DNA of 64,000 nucleotides from Vitrella brassicaformis CCMP3155 (GCA_001179505.1 CDMY01000179.1:62001-126000), one strand, 5' to 3'. Positions 48,189 to 62,435 are shown, numbered from the stretch's first letter. Notes: generated by a model not told the origin, from the sequence alone. Made by a program: numbers and translations.

Positions 48189-51100
48189 ATGGCATTGCTA
48201 TTGCGAGAGCCGACAGCAGTCAAGCCGTCTGTGTGTCGTGGCACTGATGATGCGTGTGGTGGTGGTGGTGATGATGGTATGTCGATGTGTGGGCGGTTTT
48301 CCTACCGGTGGCCTACCTGCCGTGCGGTGTCCTTTATGACTTCATGCCTGGTGAGCGACACACACACACACACCACACACACCACACACGCACCACACAC
48401 ACACACATTATACATCTCTCCCTTCTGTGTCTGTGTGTGTTGCAGGTGATATGTTTCGTGCTTTTATTTATCTCTTCCCCGGTGCAGCACTCCCACTCAC
48501 TCGTCCTCCGCCGGCTACAAGTGGAAGAGCCCCTCCCTCAACCCAACAACACCAACGCCACTGGGGCCGCCGACGGTGACGCGCCAATGGACCCCTGCGT
48601 GACCGATCTGCACGACTGTGCGGTTGAGGCGTTGTGCGTGCGGCAGAATGAGACGTACTGGCGCGACAGCGACATCCTGGGCGACACGGGGGATGACGTT
48701 CGGCGGATTGAGATGTACCGGCATGGCTGCGAGTGCCGGAGGGGGTACGAGGGAGATGGCAGGACCTGCAATGGTGGGTGCTTGCTGGAGGGAGGGGCGG
48801 GGCGGATTGGAATGACGGATTGGATGATGCTTGGTTTATGCGTGCCTTTCTTCACTGGCAGATGTGGATGAGTGCCTGAGTGACCGGGGCGGCTGCGACC
48901 ACTTCTGCTCCAACCTCGAGGGCAGCTACGAGTGCGACTGCAGGCCAGGGTACCTCCTCTACATGGGAGACGAAAAGACCTGCAAACGTACGCAACCACG
49001 CACACAATCGCCACCCATAATCTCATCTGTCTGGTCGTTCTGCCGTATCAGCCCGCCGTCCGCGAGTCGAGACGGGATTCGCCCGCGCCAGCAGCAACTG
49101 GACCACCGTGGCACTCACGTCGGCTTTCCGCTACGCGCCCATCATCCTTGCAGGCGCGCCCTACTTCCCGTCAGGCGGCGAGTCGGCGCCCGAGCACCTG
49201 CCGCACTATCCCCCCGTGTCGGTTCGCGTCAATAACGTTCGGCGGGCTGGGACGGGCCAGGGGGAGAAGTGCGATGGGACCTACTGCTTCGACGCGCTCC
49301 TCGTGGCATCTGACTGCGAGGTGGGTGACACAGCATCTTTTGACTCGTGTGTGTCTGTAACCTGTGTGTTTTCCAGAATGCGACATTGCCATCCGTGGGG
49401 TTCGACTGGGTTGCGATTGAGCGGGGAGTGTTCGTGACGGGCTCGGGCCAGCTGCTGCAGGCGGGAGTCGAACGATACAACGGCCGAACCGAAGAGCCCT
49501 TCCAGGTACAGAGCACACCGACACAAGCGACGCATAGCCACTCCCAAACCTCCATCCACGTGTCTTGTCCTCCGCTCTCACCAGTGGCTTGACTTCCCCG
49601 TGTCGTTTGCCGAGGGGGAGGGCAGCAGCAGTGAAGCACCCATAGTGCTGGCTCACAGCCAGTCTGTGGCCAACAAACGGTTCCTGGAGCCACAGGTGCA
49701 GGAGAAAGAGCAGAACGGCTTCAAGGTAGCATTCGCATCCGAGACGGGCGTCGGCAGCGAGCGATTCTATCCTGAAGTGGTCAGTCACATGAGACACACA
49801 AACACACACACACACACACACACATGCACATACACAAACACAAACACAAACACAAACACTCACACACACAATCAGTCAATCATGTGATTGATTGACTGGC
49901 GCTGGTTCACTGATTGATTGATTGACCGTGTATGTTTGTTTTGTTTGTCTTCAGATTGCCTGGGTCGCCATCGATCGCAACGCCGAAGCCCTTCGCGAGC
50001 AGCGCATTCTGGTCGGCACCTCCGGGACCACACAGGCGGGCCCGGCACACCTCCCCAACTTCCTCTCATCACTCGAGCTCACCTACCACGGCACACACGA
50101 CTTCGCCCACGCCCCACACGTCTTCACGACCGTCAACGCACTCGAGAGCCGGCAAAGGACAGTCGGCATGCGCGCAATCGCCGCGAGCAGGAACGGCACG
50201 CACATCGTGCTGCTCGACGGGCTATGCAACGACACGGCAGCTGAGGGGCGCAGGAGGCGTCTGCAAGAAGGCGGGAGCAACGACACTTCAACGCCCGATG
50301 TGGACTTCCTGGTCATCGAGGCACCGTCGCCCATCGACGACTGTCTGCGGGGGACGCACACGTGCGGCGAGCACGGTAAGTGCGTGGCGGCCGAGAACGG
50401 CACCCATGTGTGTGAGTGCGAGGAAGGGTATAGCTTCAACAACGGGACGGCGTGTGGGGACCTTGACGAGTGCGCGGCTGACGAGGACCCATGTGGCGTC
50501 GGCGGCGTGTGCAACAACACGATCGGCTCATACACGTGTGAATGCAAGACTGGCTTCACCAAGAACAACGACACAGGCAACTGCACCGGTGAGACCGTTC
50601 CCCCACATCTCATACGCAGGAGACGCTCACGTGTGTGTTGGTGTGGGTGCCCTTGTCAGACATCAATGAGTGCGAGCAGGAGGGCGGCTCTTCTCTCTGC
50701 CACCGCTACGCCAACTGCGTCAACACCGATGGCACATACGAGTGCAAGTGCCGCGAGGGCTTCGAAGGCGACGGCAGGCGGGACTGCTCAGCCACACGCG
50801 ATTGCAAGGGCGAGTGGTCTGACTGGACCGAGTGCGACGTCGACTGCCGCCGTGAACGGCGGTACAGGGTCACACAGGAGCCCACGGCCGAGGGGGAGGC
50901 GTGCCCGCGGGAGGATGGCGACAAGGAGGCGGAATCGTGTGAAGGAGGCAGCTGCAAGCCTGGTGGTACGTCTGATGTGTGCCAACTGCTGGCTGGCTCC
51001 TTGCAGAATGCTTGTGTGATGTATTTGTGTTGTATGGTATGTGTCAGGAGGCTCAGCGGGCTGTCCTGGCCGGTGGGGTGGGTGGAAGCCATGCACGCTG

Positions 51101-54100
51101 GATGGCGACGGCCAGTGCTCGCGGTCCCGTGACTTCATCATAGAAGTGCCCTGGGACCGCGACGGCCGTCCGTGCGCGGGCAAGCAGCAGACAGAGCCAT
51201 GCGACGCCGAGGAGTGCAGTGACAGCCCGGGCGACCCGGAGGTGTGCAAGGGCAGCTGGAGCGCCTGGTCAACGTGCAGTGAGGAATGTCAGCACACGCG
51301 GACCTTCACACTCGACAACAACGACACATCGGTCGACACGTCTCACTGCCCGCACCAAGATGGCGACACCGACCCCAGGAGTTGCGATGGAGGCGCATGC
51401 AAAAGTGAGGTGTTAGCCCAACCTTTCCTCCCCCTCTCTCCGCCCCACACACCCCTTGTGTTTGTGTTGTGTTCCTCTCAGGTGTGGACTGTGTGGGCGA
51501 CTGGGGTGAGTGGTCCGATTGCAACTCTGCCTGCGACCGCCTTCGCACCTACCGGGTCCTGCAGCCCCCGCAAGAGGGAGGCGAGCCCTGTGAGTTCGAT
51601 GACCTGGAGCAGGACGAGGGCCAGTGCCCACCGGAGCTGTGCACGCCGTCGACCGAGCCGTCTGACGTCGACTGTGAGGGCTACTGGGCGCCCTGGACGG
51701 TGTGTGACTCCAACTGCACGCGGAGTAGGCAGTATGTGGTGGTACAGGAGGCGCAGGGCGAGGGCGACCCATGTGAGGCCAAAGACGGCCAGACAGAGGT
51801 ATATTGAGAGAGAGAGAGAGAGAGAGGGAGAGAGAGGGAGAGAGAGAGATGATCGACCTGTCTCATGTTTTTTGTTGCCTGCAGGACGACAAGTGCGAGC
51901 CGTGTGTGGATGTGGATGAGGGCAGCGCTCCCGTGGTCATCGACTACGACGGCCTTCTGCCCAAGTACTCCAAGGGCAGCCAGATGATCATCACGCCATC
52001 CCTCTTCGCTAACACCAACTACTCCGGCACGGCCGACCCAAAAGAGATCCTCAAGCAGCTCGGTGGCGACACAGACGACTACGTCTGGACGGTGCTTCCC
52101 GCCCTGCCGGCCGGGCTCTCCCTCAACGAGACCACCGGCAGGATCACTGGCACCATCGAGACCACCCAGCCGCCGACCTTCCACACCGTGCTGGTGCGCA
52201 AGAAGGGCGAAGAGGGGCCGGGCATGGCGGCGGGTCGGTTCATCCTCACCACGACCGACGCGGCACCGACCAACCTCAGCTACCCCGGCCCCGACGTGAC
52301 GACTCTGTGTGTCGGAATGCCCATGCCCGAGCGCATGCCGACGTGGGAGGGCGGCCCGCCGTCGCGCTTCGAGAGCGACCCGCTGCCCTTGTCGCTGACG
52401 GTGAACAAGACCACTGGCGTGCTAGGGGGGATACCCAGGGAGCAATCGATCAAGAAGGCCTACCGGATTCAGGTGCGTCTGCGTATACCTGACAGGGAGG
52501 AGAAAGAGAGGATGCCCGATCACTGGTGGTGTTGTGTTGTGTTGTCAGGCGGTCAATGCGGGGGGCCGTGCGTCGGACAATGTAACTCTGGAAGTGAAGC
52601 CAGCCATGCAGCTGCTGGACCCTCTTCGCAGAGACGAGTCCCCCGTTCTCAAGATTGACCTCACGTCGGCGTCGACCACCTACTACACACCCTACAAGGT
52701 TCTGACGGTCGTGGCGCCCTCACAAGTGCCCGTCAACGACATCCTCTGCCAGGCGGTGCCCATCCTCTCGTCCAAGGCCAACCCCATCATCCCGCCGCCA
52801 GAGTGCACCGAGGAGGAGGGAGACAGCGACAACAGGCAGGAGAGAGGCGAGGTCATGTGCTCCGTCGGCCGAGAGGCCACGCCCGGCGAGAAGCAGACGC
52901 TGTACCTCAACCTGCTGGGCAAGGACCCGCCTTGCTACCTGACAGGGAGGAGCTCAAATGAGAGCGAGGAGCTCAAGGTGGTGGGGCTCGTGACGCTGAT
53001 CCCCAACGAGCGGGCCAGGCGGGACGTGCCCATGATACGCGAGTATCTCAACAAGACGACCGAAGACGGCGATGAGGCGCCCAACGTGCTCATGGTGGGG
53101 CTGTCTTCGCCCAAGGAGCGCGCCTTCAAATTCCTGCTGAAAGAGCCCACCGACGCCGAAAAGACCACCCCGTACAAGACCACCATCCAGCTAAGCTTGG
53201 GCAGCCTCAGCATCACCGCTATGCGCAACAACGATGAGTTCAAAGACAAGCTGGAGACCGACGTCGAGAAGCTTCTCGACGTGCCGCCCGCGCGCATCCG
53301 GGTGACGTCGGCCCGCGATCAGGACTGCTCCGGCTCTGACCTCAGCCGATGTAAATCCGAGGCTGATGTCATCTTCATGCCGGAGCAGGGTAGGCCTTCT
53401 GCCCAGGCCAAGTACATCGAGACGCCCTACGTGCTGTTTGAGGACTTCCGGCGGCGCGTCATGGACCCCAGGAACCACCTCTATCAGTTCCCCAATTCAT
53501 ACTGGTTCCTCACATCTATCAGCCGCAGCGAGCCCCTGCTGCCTCAGCGACTCGTGCTCTGTGAGGGCGGGAGCGTCGTAGACGACATCGAGAACTGCCC
53601 ACCCCACGATAATGACAGTGGTGATGAGGTGGACAGCAGGAGTGAGGGCGGCAATGGCGATGACAACCCTTGGTATAAGGAGGAATGGATATGGGGGATT
53701 GTGGGTACGGTCGTCTCGCTGGTGGGCCTCGCGGTCTCCATCCAGATCTGCCACTGCAAACAGATGCGCGAGCAAACCAAGAAGAGCGTGCGGCGCTTCA
53801 TGACCTCGGCGCTTGGCCGCCCCACCTCGCCTGATGACGATGAGGAGCAGGGCAGTAATGGGGACGGCCGCAAGAGGACCAAGATCAGCCGCAGCGACAC
53901 ATCTGAGACACGCGAGGACGACAAGTCATCCCAAGGCAAGAGGCGAGACGGCGACAGCACACCGCCAGGCAGGGCGGTCTCATCTCTGCCGACGTCTGGA
54001 GATGACCGTGGGGTCTCGGTGGCCCCTCGCCGGTCCACGACCACGGCCACTCGAGTGCCCAGCAGCCAGGTGTCGCGCATCACAGCTGGTGACGAAGACG

Positions 54101-55823
54101 CCGACACCATGTACGCAGACGACGAGACACCCACTCCTGCGGGCGCCGGTGGTGGCGGTGGCGGGATGCACTACGGCCACCCCCATGCGCCGCCGTATCT
54201 GGGCTTCCACACCCACGCGCCACACTACCCACCCTCCATGCCCTACTACCCCCCACACCACCACTACGCCCACCCGCCCATGTACCACATGGGCAGCCAC
54301 ATGAGCAGTCTGGGCAGCATGAGCATCGGCATGCCGGCCATGCAGCTGTCGAGGGAACGGTCCATGAGCAGCACCACAGACAAAGCGTCGAGAAGTGGCA
54401 AGGCCGGCAATGGAGAACGAGGAGGACCGGGTAAGTCTGAAGGCGGTCTGAAGGCGCCTCCGGGTGCTGTCCCTCACGCCAACTCCATCCCCCAGCTGCC
54501 GACACAGCACCCTCACTATGCAAGGTACGTGAGCCACCACGAGATAACCACACCGGGTGGTGGTTTTGTCAGTCATCCCTCCCCTCCCCTCCCCTCCCCT
54601 CTCTTCGTATGTTTAGGTCTCGTCCATCAGCACCGGTCCGCAGCAACTCTGGCACATCCATGGGCACACCTGAGCATCGCGACCGCGAGACCTCAGACGA
54701 CGCTCATGACGCACCAACAGTATCACCGGCAGCAGCAAGAGGGGCTCCAAATGGCTTCATTGCCGACACAGAGCGCTCCCGCAGCTCATCAGGTGGTGCG
54801 CACCACAGCATTAGTGCCAGGTCATCGCCCCACGGCCCCGCCCACCAAGACTCTATCGCCCTCGATGACGGTGACAGCTCCGCTGACGAATCTGGTGGCC
54901 ACCACTTGATGCCGGGATACCCCCACCACGGACCCTACTACTCGCCCCAGCCACAGTCCCTCCTCGCTGTGCGGCCGACAGTCCAGGAGTGGCGCTCGCC
55001 GGCCCTGCCACCACGGCCGTCGCTGGGCGAGCCACAGCCCTCCCGGTCAGTGACACGCCCTATGCACATCAATGCCGGCGTCCATTCGAGAGCACCGCCG
55101 AGTCTGCAGTCTGAGGGAAGTCAGGACAGCAACACAGAGGGAGGAGCACTGAGGGAGTCGCCGCCCTATCGCACCAAGAAGGCCATCCGCATCTTGGCGC
55201 CCCCCTCCCCGCCCTCGTGCGCATCGACCGACCTGCCGATGAGCGACCGCCTGGTCTGCCGCGGTCTCGACGCTCCCCACTCGGCCCCACTGCCGCCCTT
55301 GCATCCCGCCACGGCCATCCGGAAACGATCAGAAGACGGTATCGAGTCGGACTGCGGCCGGCCGGCTCTCGCCAGGCAACGCTCTGCCGAGAGCCAGCTG
55401 ACGGCAAGCGAGGATGACGCGCCGCAGATGGCGACTGAGGGGCAGCCGAGGAGGGTGCGGGCGACGGCACACGCGCACCACCGCCAATACCACCACCCTT
55501 CAACAACACGGCGGTCGCGGCGAAGGCATACACATACGTCGCGTGGGTCGTCGGGTCGGCGTCGGCGACGCTCATTGGTTGTCAATCTGGCGTCGATGAG
55601 CACTAGCACATCAGCCGCCCGGCACCACCTCGATGACTCGTCCAGTGAGACGTCGGCGGCCACGGCCTCTGGGCAGTCGCCGCCACTGGCGGCCCTGCTG
55701 CCGCAGAGTGGGCCTGACTCGCCATTGGGCACTGCGTCGCATCACTCAGCGGCCCCTGATCTGACTGTGTCGATGCCGCCGTACGTGGACAGCAATGGCG
55801 GCCGGCGAGAGGGGGACGTGTAG
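48189..55823 (+). CDS. Large type I adhesin-like protein: 5 EGF/EGF-Ca, 3 H-type-lectin-like repeats, 5 TSP1, 2 He_PIG-type Ig, SEA-like domain, TM, long low-complexity tail
   Basis: EGF: [31 protein letters not shown] and DINEC...[23 protein letters not shown]1: [12 protein letters not shown] and [16 protein letters not shown]. Ig: [19 protein letters not shown]: [22 protein letters not shown]. Confidence 0.88.
51806..51849 (+). repeat. Intronic (GA)n microsatellite
   Basis: Directly visible gagagagaga tract with two GG interruptions. Confidence 0.95.
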
Positions 55824-57939
55824 ACACACAGAGATGAGCAGATGGACCGAAGGGGATCAGTGGGTGCATCTGCCTGCCTGTTGTGTGTCTATCCCTATGT
55901 TGTGAATGTCAATCAACGTGATGGTGTTGTGTTCATGTGTGTGTAGTGGTAGCTAGGTCAGTCCGTATCGTATATATATATGTATGTTGCCGGTTTGTGT
56001 GATCTTCGTGGCGTGGCGTGGTGGTTTTGACCGATCTGTGCGTGTGTGAGTGGGTGAGTCGAGTCGTTTTTTCCGACAGATGCGGTGCGTGTTTGTGTGT
56101 TGAGTACGTCCGTATGCCGTGTAAGTCCACATATGCCTGTGTCTCATGCGTGCAGATCAGATGCGGTGCCTGCGAGTGGTCCTCGCCCCGATGGATGGAT
56201 GGTCATGCTGGCTGCATGATGGTCTGTCTGATGGTGACGTGATGGTGACGGTGAGCGGTCGGTCTTTGGTCATTTCGTTTGGGAGGGGGAAGTGTGTGGC
56301 CGGCTAGCTGGATGGCAGGGCGGGTGTGTGAGAAGGCCGGCTCCAAGGCGCAAGGCAGTAGAGTGTTCTCCCTTATTTAACACATTGCCTGTCTACCTGT
56401 CTGTCTGTTGAGTGACGCCCAATTAGCGAACCTCACTCACTGGCTTCACTCACTGCTGACACACACACCAGACACACACACACACCATGTATACAAGTGT
56501 TTTCTCATCATCGCTTGCAATCGCACCCAGCCAACCCCAACACACACGCACTACCGACTTCCCCTCTGGTGAGGTCAGTCGATCTATCTGCCGTATCTAT
56601 CTGTCCATTGGGTCTATCTAATGGTGCCTGCCTGGTCTGCATGCCGTGGTGGCCACCACGCGCCCTTCCTTCTTTTGTGCAAGTCACTCCATCAACCTAA
56701 TCTGCATTACATGTGTGTGTGTGTGTATGTGTGGTGGATCAAAATTTTTCGTGAGGGGAGAGATTGGGGATGGCTGTAGGCGGGCCAGACAGAGACGGCA
56801 AGTAAGTACGTGTTGACGGATAGATGTGGCGCTCTACCTGCATGGCATGACTTGTTCTCCGTTTAGCGTAGCGCGGCGTGCATCATCTTGTTTTTCAACA
56901 CTCACTCGTGGCACTCACTCATCAGCTGTATACCACTGTCGGCAATCCATCCTCTCATCGATCAGCCAGCCTCACCCTCTATAAGCGAGTCGAGTGTGTC
57001 TCATATCCCTACCTGTATGTCAGTCACCTCTCTCTATGCTTAGCTATGTATCGCACCACTCCACCCACTCCAGGTCTTTTGTGTTTCGCGTCGGTCCGTT
57101 CGTATGTGTCTGTTTATAGTCTGTCTGCCTCAGTGCTTTTTTCTCCCCTTCTTCTTTCGTGGGGGGCCTATTCTCGTCTCGCATCTTTCTCCACTCATCC
57201 TCATAACCGTCCGTGTGTGTGAGATCGTGGGATATGATGATATGGGGGCTTTGCACGTCAGTGCCGTGGTGGGGGGGCTGGGCTGCATGCCATGGACGTC
57301 TTTTATGTACAGAAGTGACTGACTGACTGACACGCTTGGCTTGCTCTGCTCGGTGGGCGGCTCGGCTCCTTGGGAGGGGGGTGGGCCACACATCACATCA
57401 CACCGATCGATCGACCTTTATCCATCCTTTGTGTCCGTGTGTTGTATGTATCTATCGTATGTATCAATCTGTCTGCCTATTGATTGTACAACAACAGCAT
57501 TGATTAGATGCATCAATACACTGACTGCATGCTTATCAGTCTATCGCTCTCTTTTCACCCCCAGACACTGACACGCCAACACCCACACACAAGACAGACA
57601 GTACAGTCCATCCACAGCCAGGTGTCGTTTTCTTGCCTCCTTACTTTAGTCGGCCGACAGACACGTTTCTTGGGAACGAACGGGGTGACTGACACCCAAT
57701 GGTCGGATGGATGGATGGATGTGTGCATTTCTGCCCTCTCTCGTAGGGCATTCAGTTATCCGGTTGTGCACACACGAGGGGACATCTCTCTCTTGTATTA
57801 TCGTATTGATTATCGTCTGCCTGTCTCCCTCCTTGTCTGTCTGTCGCTCTCGCTGTGTCTCCTCTCTGTCTAAGTGTCTGCCTGTGTCTGCGTGTCGTGT
57901 CTGCTGGGTGGCTTGCTCACGAACCGTGAGGTGTCCTCC

Positions 57940-57975
<36 letters not shown>

Positions 57976-59399
57976 TGGACACTTGGTGGGTCATCATGCC
58001 ATTGGATGGACCGGACAGATGGACTGAATGGCACGTAATACTTAGTACTGAGTATGCGCTCGGGCCCTGGGGGCAAGTGTGGGCTCCCTCACTCTGCGCC
58101 TGCTATCCCAAGAGAGCGCAAGAGAGCCTTTAAGGCTGAGTGCATCCGAATACACATGCCCATGACGTCAGCCATCTTCAGCCTCTTATCTCGTCGGCTG
58201 GTCCCCGTCTCTCCCGGCCTCCTCTTGACGACGGGCATTGGAGATGCTGCTGCCGGCCCTCCTGCAGTCGAGGGCAGCAAGCAAGGGGTGTGCACCGCCT
58301 CCCGCGTCACCGAACTCAACTGCTTTGTAGTCAGGCATACAAACAACTTCGTGAGAAGGAGCCAACGAGATGAATTGTTTGTGCAGGCGTTGCCAGATGG
58401 TGACAAGCGCACCGATGCCACTGACAGTCTGAGAGCATACGCCGACATGCTGGCCTTTCCTGCAGGCGGCTCCGCGGCAAATGACAGATCGGCGAGAACT
58501 TCTCGACGGCGGAGACGGAGACGCCCTTGAAAACCCGCAAACCCTGATTTCTTTTGTTTTTCCATTTTTCTCAGCATTTCCGCGCCTTCCCTCTTCTGCT
58601 GCATTCTCAGGGCCACAGATCCTTTGTTTCTTCGTCTTTTGGGCTGGTTCTTGTCTTATGTGGCTCGCCTCTGCCTCTCCCAAGCCCCCCCACTTGAGCG
58701 GATGTCGGGCGCCACTTCTTTATTCCGCCCTCTACCTACAGGGAGGCCTCAACCAGTGGTGCCCGGCTGCCTGCGGAATGGCTGCAAAGCGCCTGGCGTC
58801 TGCCTGGCGTAAGCGGTGTTTTCTCCTCAGGCGGCTTTCTAAGGTAAGTGCGGAGACATTTTATGGTGCGTGCCTTGCGTGTGGTGGCGCGCGTGAGGCC
58901 TGTGCGTGTGCGTACGCATCTCGAGGCCACTGCTCAATGCACCTTCTCTCCAATGTTCATCTCAGATGTTTTATCGTCAATTCTTCAGATGGCCGTCTCA
59001 TTTCTCGACAGGTTCTTCGGCAGGTACAATAAGCTTCCAGTAGGTCTGAAATCTACTGCACACAGCAACTGGTCCGTTGCTGCCTTCCCAGACAAAGGAA
59101 ATCATTTCTGAGGAGCTCGAGATGGAATGCATCAGTGCTGTGTGAATGGTTCTGATGGGTACAGACTTAAGCTCTCAGTCCCTCAACGAGCTGCTACGAG
59201 CAGGAGGCCTGCAGGCCGAGAACCTCTGCAGCAACCAATTAAAACAAGGAAGCCATCAATCCGTGCATCAGGGCAAACACGTGTTTTGCGGGTTGTTTGC
59301 AGATCGCGATACTCCAGGGAAAGCTGTTCGACGCAGCAAAAGCGTTTCATTAGGCCGATGCCGAAAGCCATGACCTTATGGAGCGACTGCAGTCAGCTG

Positions 59400-59995
59400 G
59401 TAAGGAATGCCCGGTGAGAAGATACCATTTGCTTGTCTAGAGGTATCAGGCAGCCAGCGGGAAGTATGGAGGGGCCGGCGCTCAACGAGAACAACAAGAA
59501 GAAGCGGAGACACGACTGGGAGGGAGACGACACCTTCCACCCTCGAGTGGGGGTGCACGCCCACGCACATGGGCTGGGGTGCGGCCTCGGCATCAATCGT
59601 CCCAATGAAGAGGTGACTGACAGACAGAAGGAGAGACAAATGCGAGCCTCCAAAGACTGAGGTGCAACGTGCTCAGATCTGCCGTCCGCGTCGAAGACGA
59701 GGCCAAGGACGAGCCATTCTGCACCCCTCGATCGCATACTTGATCAAATCATTAGCTGTCAGGGTCGGCTGCCCAGTCAGACTCCCAGTGTGACTCGCCA
59801 TGGTGAGTTTGCCCCATCCGGCCCTTGGCTTCAAGAAGGACGAACACGCCAAGCATTGGAAGAACTCCGAGACCAACACATGCCTCGGAGCCTTCTTCGT
59901 GGCGTTGTTTGGTTCCTTCGTCACCGGGACCACCAACTCGCTAGTAAGCGCCCGAAGGAGAGGAAACACAACGGATACAGATGTCCTGATGTTTG

Positions 59996-60032
<37 letters not shown>

Positions 60033-61400
60033 TGTTTTCTGCCACAGGGCCGCCAAGGCCTTGAAGGACCACCTGTTCACCACGGGAGAGCTGTGGTACA
60101 TATGATTTTGAGCTGGTGAGCCAAGAGCTGCACTCAACTGACCTGAAGACGGACGTATACACCCATGACGGTCTGCCTGTGTGTGTGCATGTGTATGTGT
60201 GTGTGTATGTGTGTGTGTGTGTGTGTGTGTGTCAGACGGTCGGGTTGGCAGGGCTTTGAGGCAGCATCAAGTGTGCCTTTGCGGGAGGGTACGCTGAGTT
60301 CGAGATGCTGTCTCGACAAAAAGGAGTGGGCCATTGGTAATGACACACAGACAGCATAAAGACGTGTCGATCATTCATTCATCCATCCATCCATCCCTCC
60401 ATCCATTGGTGCTGTGCTGATCTCATCTCAGGTGCCACTGGTTTTGAGATGTTGACCTGTCTGACGCCCATCGAGGCGTGCGAGTTTGATATGGAGGTGG
60501 GTGGGGCGGCACACACACATGCACAACACACACACAAACAATGCAACTTGCTGCTGTATTAATTGCCGCAGAGGTTTCGATTCATCTTCGGCGAGGGGCA
60601 GCATCAGACGACTATCTCCTCTCTCCTCCGACTCCGATTTCGTGCATCGGTACTGCAGATGACAAGGTGGGCGAGACCAAGTGGTCAGCGGCTGAGTTTC
60701 TGGACGAGGGACTGGGCTGGTATACGGTGTACCGCAAAGATGTCGGGAAGCTGCTTCGCTCTCGCACAGCAAGCTGTGACACTTCATTCGAGAGCTCGCA
60801 GCGACTATGCTGGACGCATCACTTATTGGTTTTTAAGTGAGTAACATCGATGGTCGAGCCCTCTCAGCCATCAGATCGGGCGCCAGACGACAGGGGCGGC
60901 TCCCAGAATCAAGGTCAGCCCACACACGGTTATACATGGGTCCTTGTCGAAAGAGGGAGATAATGGATGCTCGTATGTGTCCGTGTGCTGATCGCAGAGT
61001 TGACAGCACAAGATTGGGAGCACCTTCGGCAACTTCGGCAATTTCGGCAACAGCACCCTCAGGCGCAACATGCCGGTATACCATGCAGGAGGAGATGCCA
61101 TGTCAGTGCGCGTGTCTATTTAATGTATGCGCGTCCGTCAGGTCAAGGGCCAGCGGTAGGGTCTCAGCCACAGGTAACCCCAATGAGAGACAATGGCCAC
61201 CGATTCGCATCTCTTCGTCTCATCGATGTCCATGTGTGTGCTTTATTGGTGGAGAGTGCGTCATTCCTGGACAACAAGGGGCCTTACTTACATCCCTCAG
61301 TGCCGCCGAGAAGAAAAAGCGGGCTGCTCGCCTGCTGATTCAGCGGTGGAGACAGCATGAATCTGCAGGCCTGAAAATATAGTTGCCTCTCTGCTGCTGC
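59400..61400 (+). CDS. Uncertain exons of a hypothetical protein, possibly the 5' part of the downstream gene or decayed
   Basis: Coding-like blocks are bounded by microsatellite-rich GT-AG intervals, for example EVSIHLRRGAASDDYLLSPP...WSAAEFLDEGLGWYTVYRK. No consistent frame could be reconstructed by eye. Confidence 0.25.
59998..60027 (+). repeat. (GT)n microsatellite
   Basis: Directly visible (GT)n run. Confidence 0.95.
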
Positions 61401-61549
61401 AGCAGGAGATCAGGAGGCGGATGTGGGAGGTGAGAGAGAAGACGGGAAAGAAGCGGTGAGGAGGGCCAAAGAGGTGAGCAAGTGTGCCGTCACACAATGA
61501 AATGAACCTGCCGTCAGAGAAGTAAAGTGTCTGTTTGTGTCTCTCTGTG

Positions 61550-62435
61550 CTGCAGATTGCTGCCTCCATTTTATATCTGCTGATCCATCTTCTCCTTGGA
61601 ATGCGCACCTTATCCATTCATCAAATTCGGCAAGATGGTGCTGTTCGAGAGAGTATTCTCGGTGCTGTCTTCAGGGCGGGCTGCGCCCTGGTGCCGGCGG
61701 GCAAGGCCAAGTGCCTGGCACACGCCTCGTGGCACCTTGCCATCGCACACGGCCCTCCTCACTGCTGGCCCCCTGCTTCAAGGTCAGAACACACACAGAC
61801 AGCCGGACGGACACCGTACACGAGTGTATTCGTCATCTGTTGTGTGCGCAGTAGCGGTGCGCCACATGCCTGTGCCGGTCACGAAGGCAAGTCAGCACAG
61901 ACAGACACACATGAGAATCTCGATGTACGTCTTTATGTGTCGCACTCATTCAGGTGGTCTGCGGCGACAGCCATCCCGCTGCGGTTGGGTGCAGGGTTGG
62001 TGATGAGGCTGCCGGGGGGTCAAGAGTCAGATGGTATTCGCACAAGGAAGGACACGGCCAGCGGGCGATGGGACGAGGAGCCTGAGCCGGATGCCAAGAT
62101 ACCCAAGGAGCGGCCCCCATTCAGCAAAAGACTGGATGTTCCGGTAGGCTGAATGAATGAGTGGATGGATGCATTACCTATCTCGTGTGTGCATGTTATG
62201 CAGGAGGATAAGGACACCAAGGACCCGATCCCTCTCACCAAGAGGGTCCACCCGGACCGAGGTGTCTATGAGGCGATTGAGGTTGACAAACAGGAGCCGA
62301 GGGTCATCAAGATGCTCAGAGCCACTGAGAAGAGGGCCTCGGGAACCAAGCAGCGGCCTGGCACGGTAAGCCATTCCTTCGCCGTTCATTGAGCATCGGA
62401 CGGATGTGTTCTCTGTGTGTGCATCTTGTGTGTGT

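Noticed and set aside
58054-59200. ORFs 58054-58530 (+) and 58089-58616 (-) and neighbouring coding-like patches
   Set aside because: No recognisable domain, weak codon bias, and stops in all frames around 59000-59150. A gene model or transposon could not be supported.
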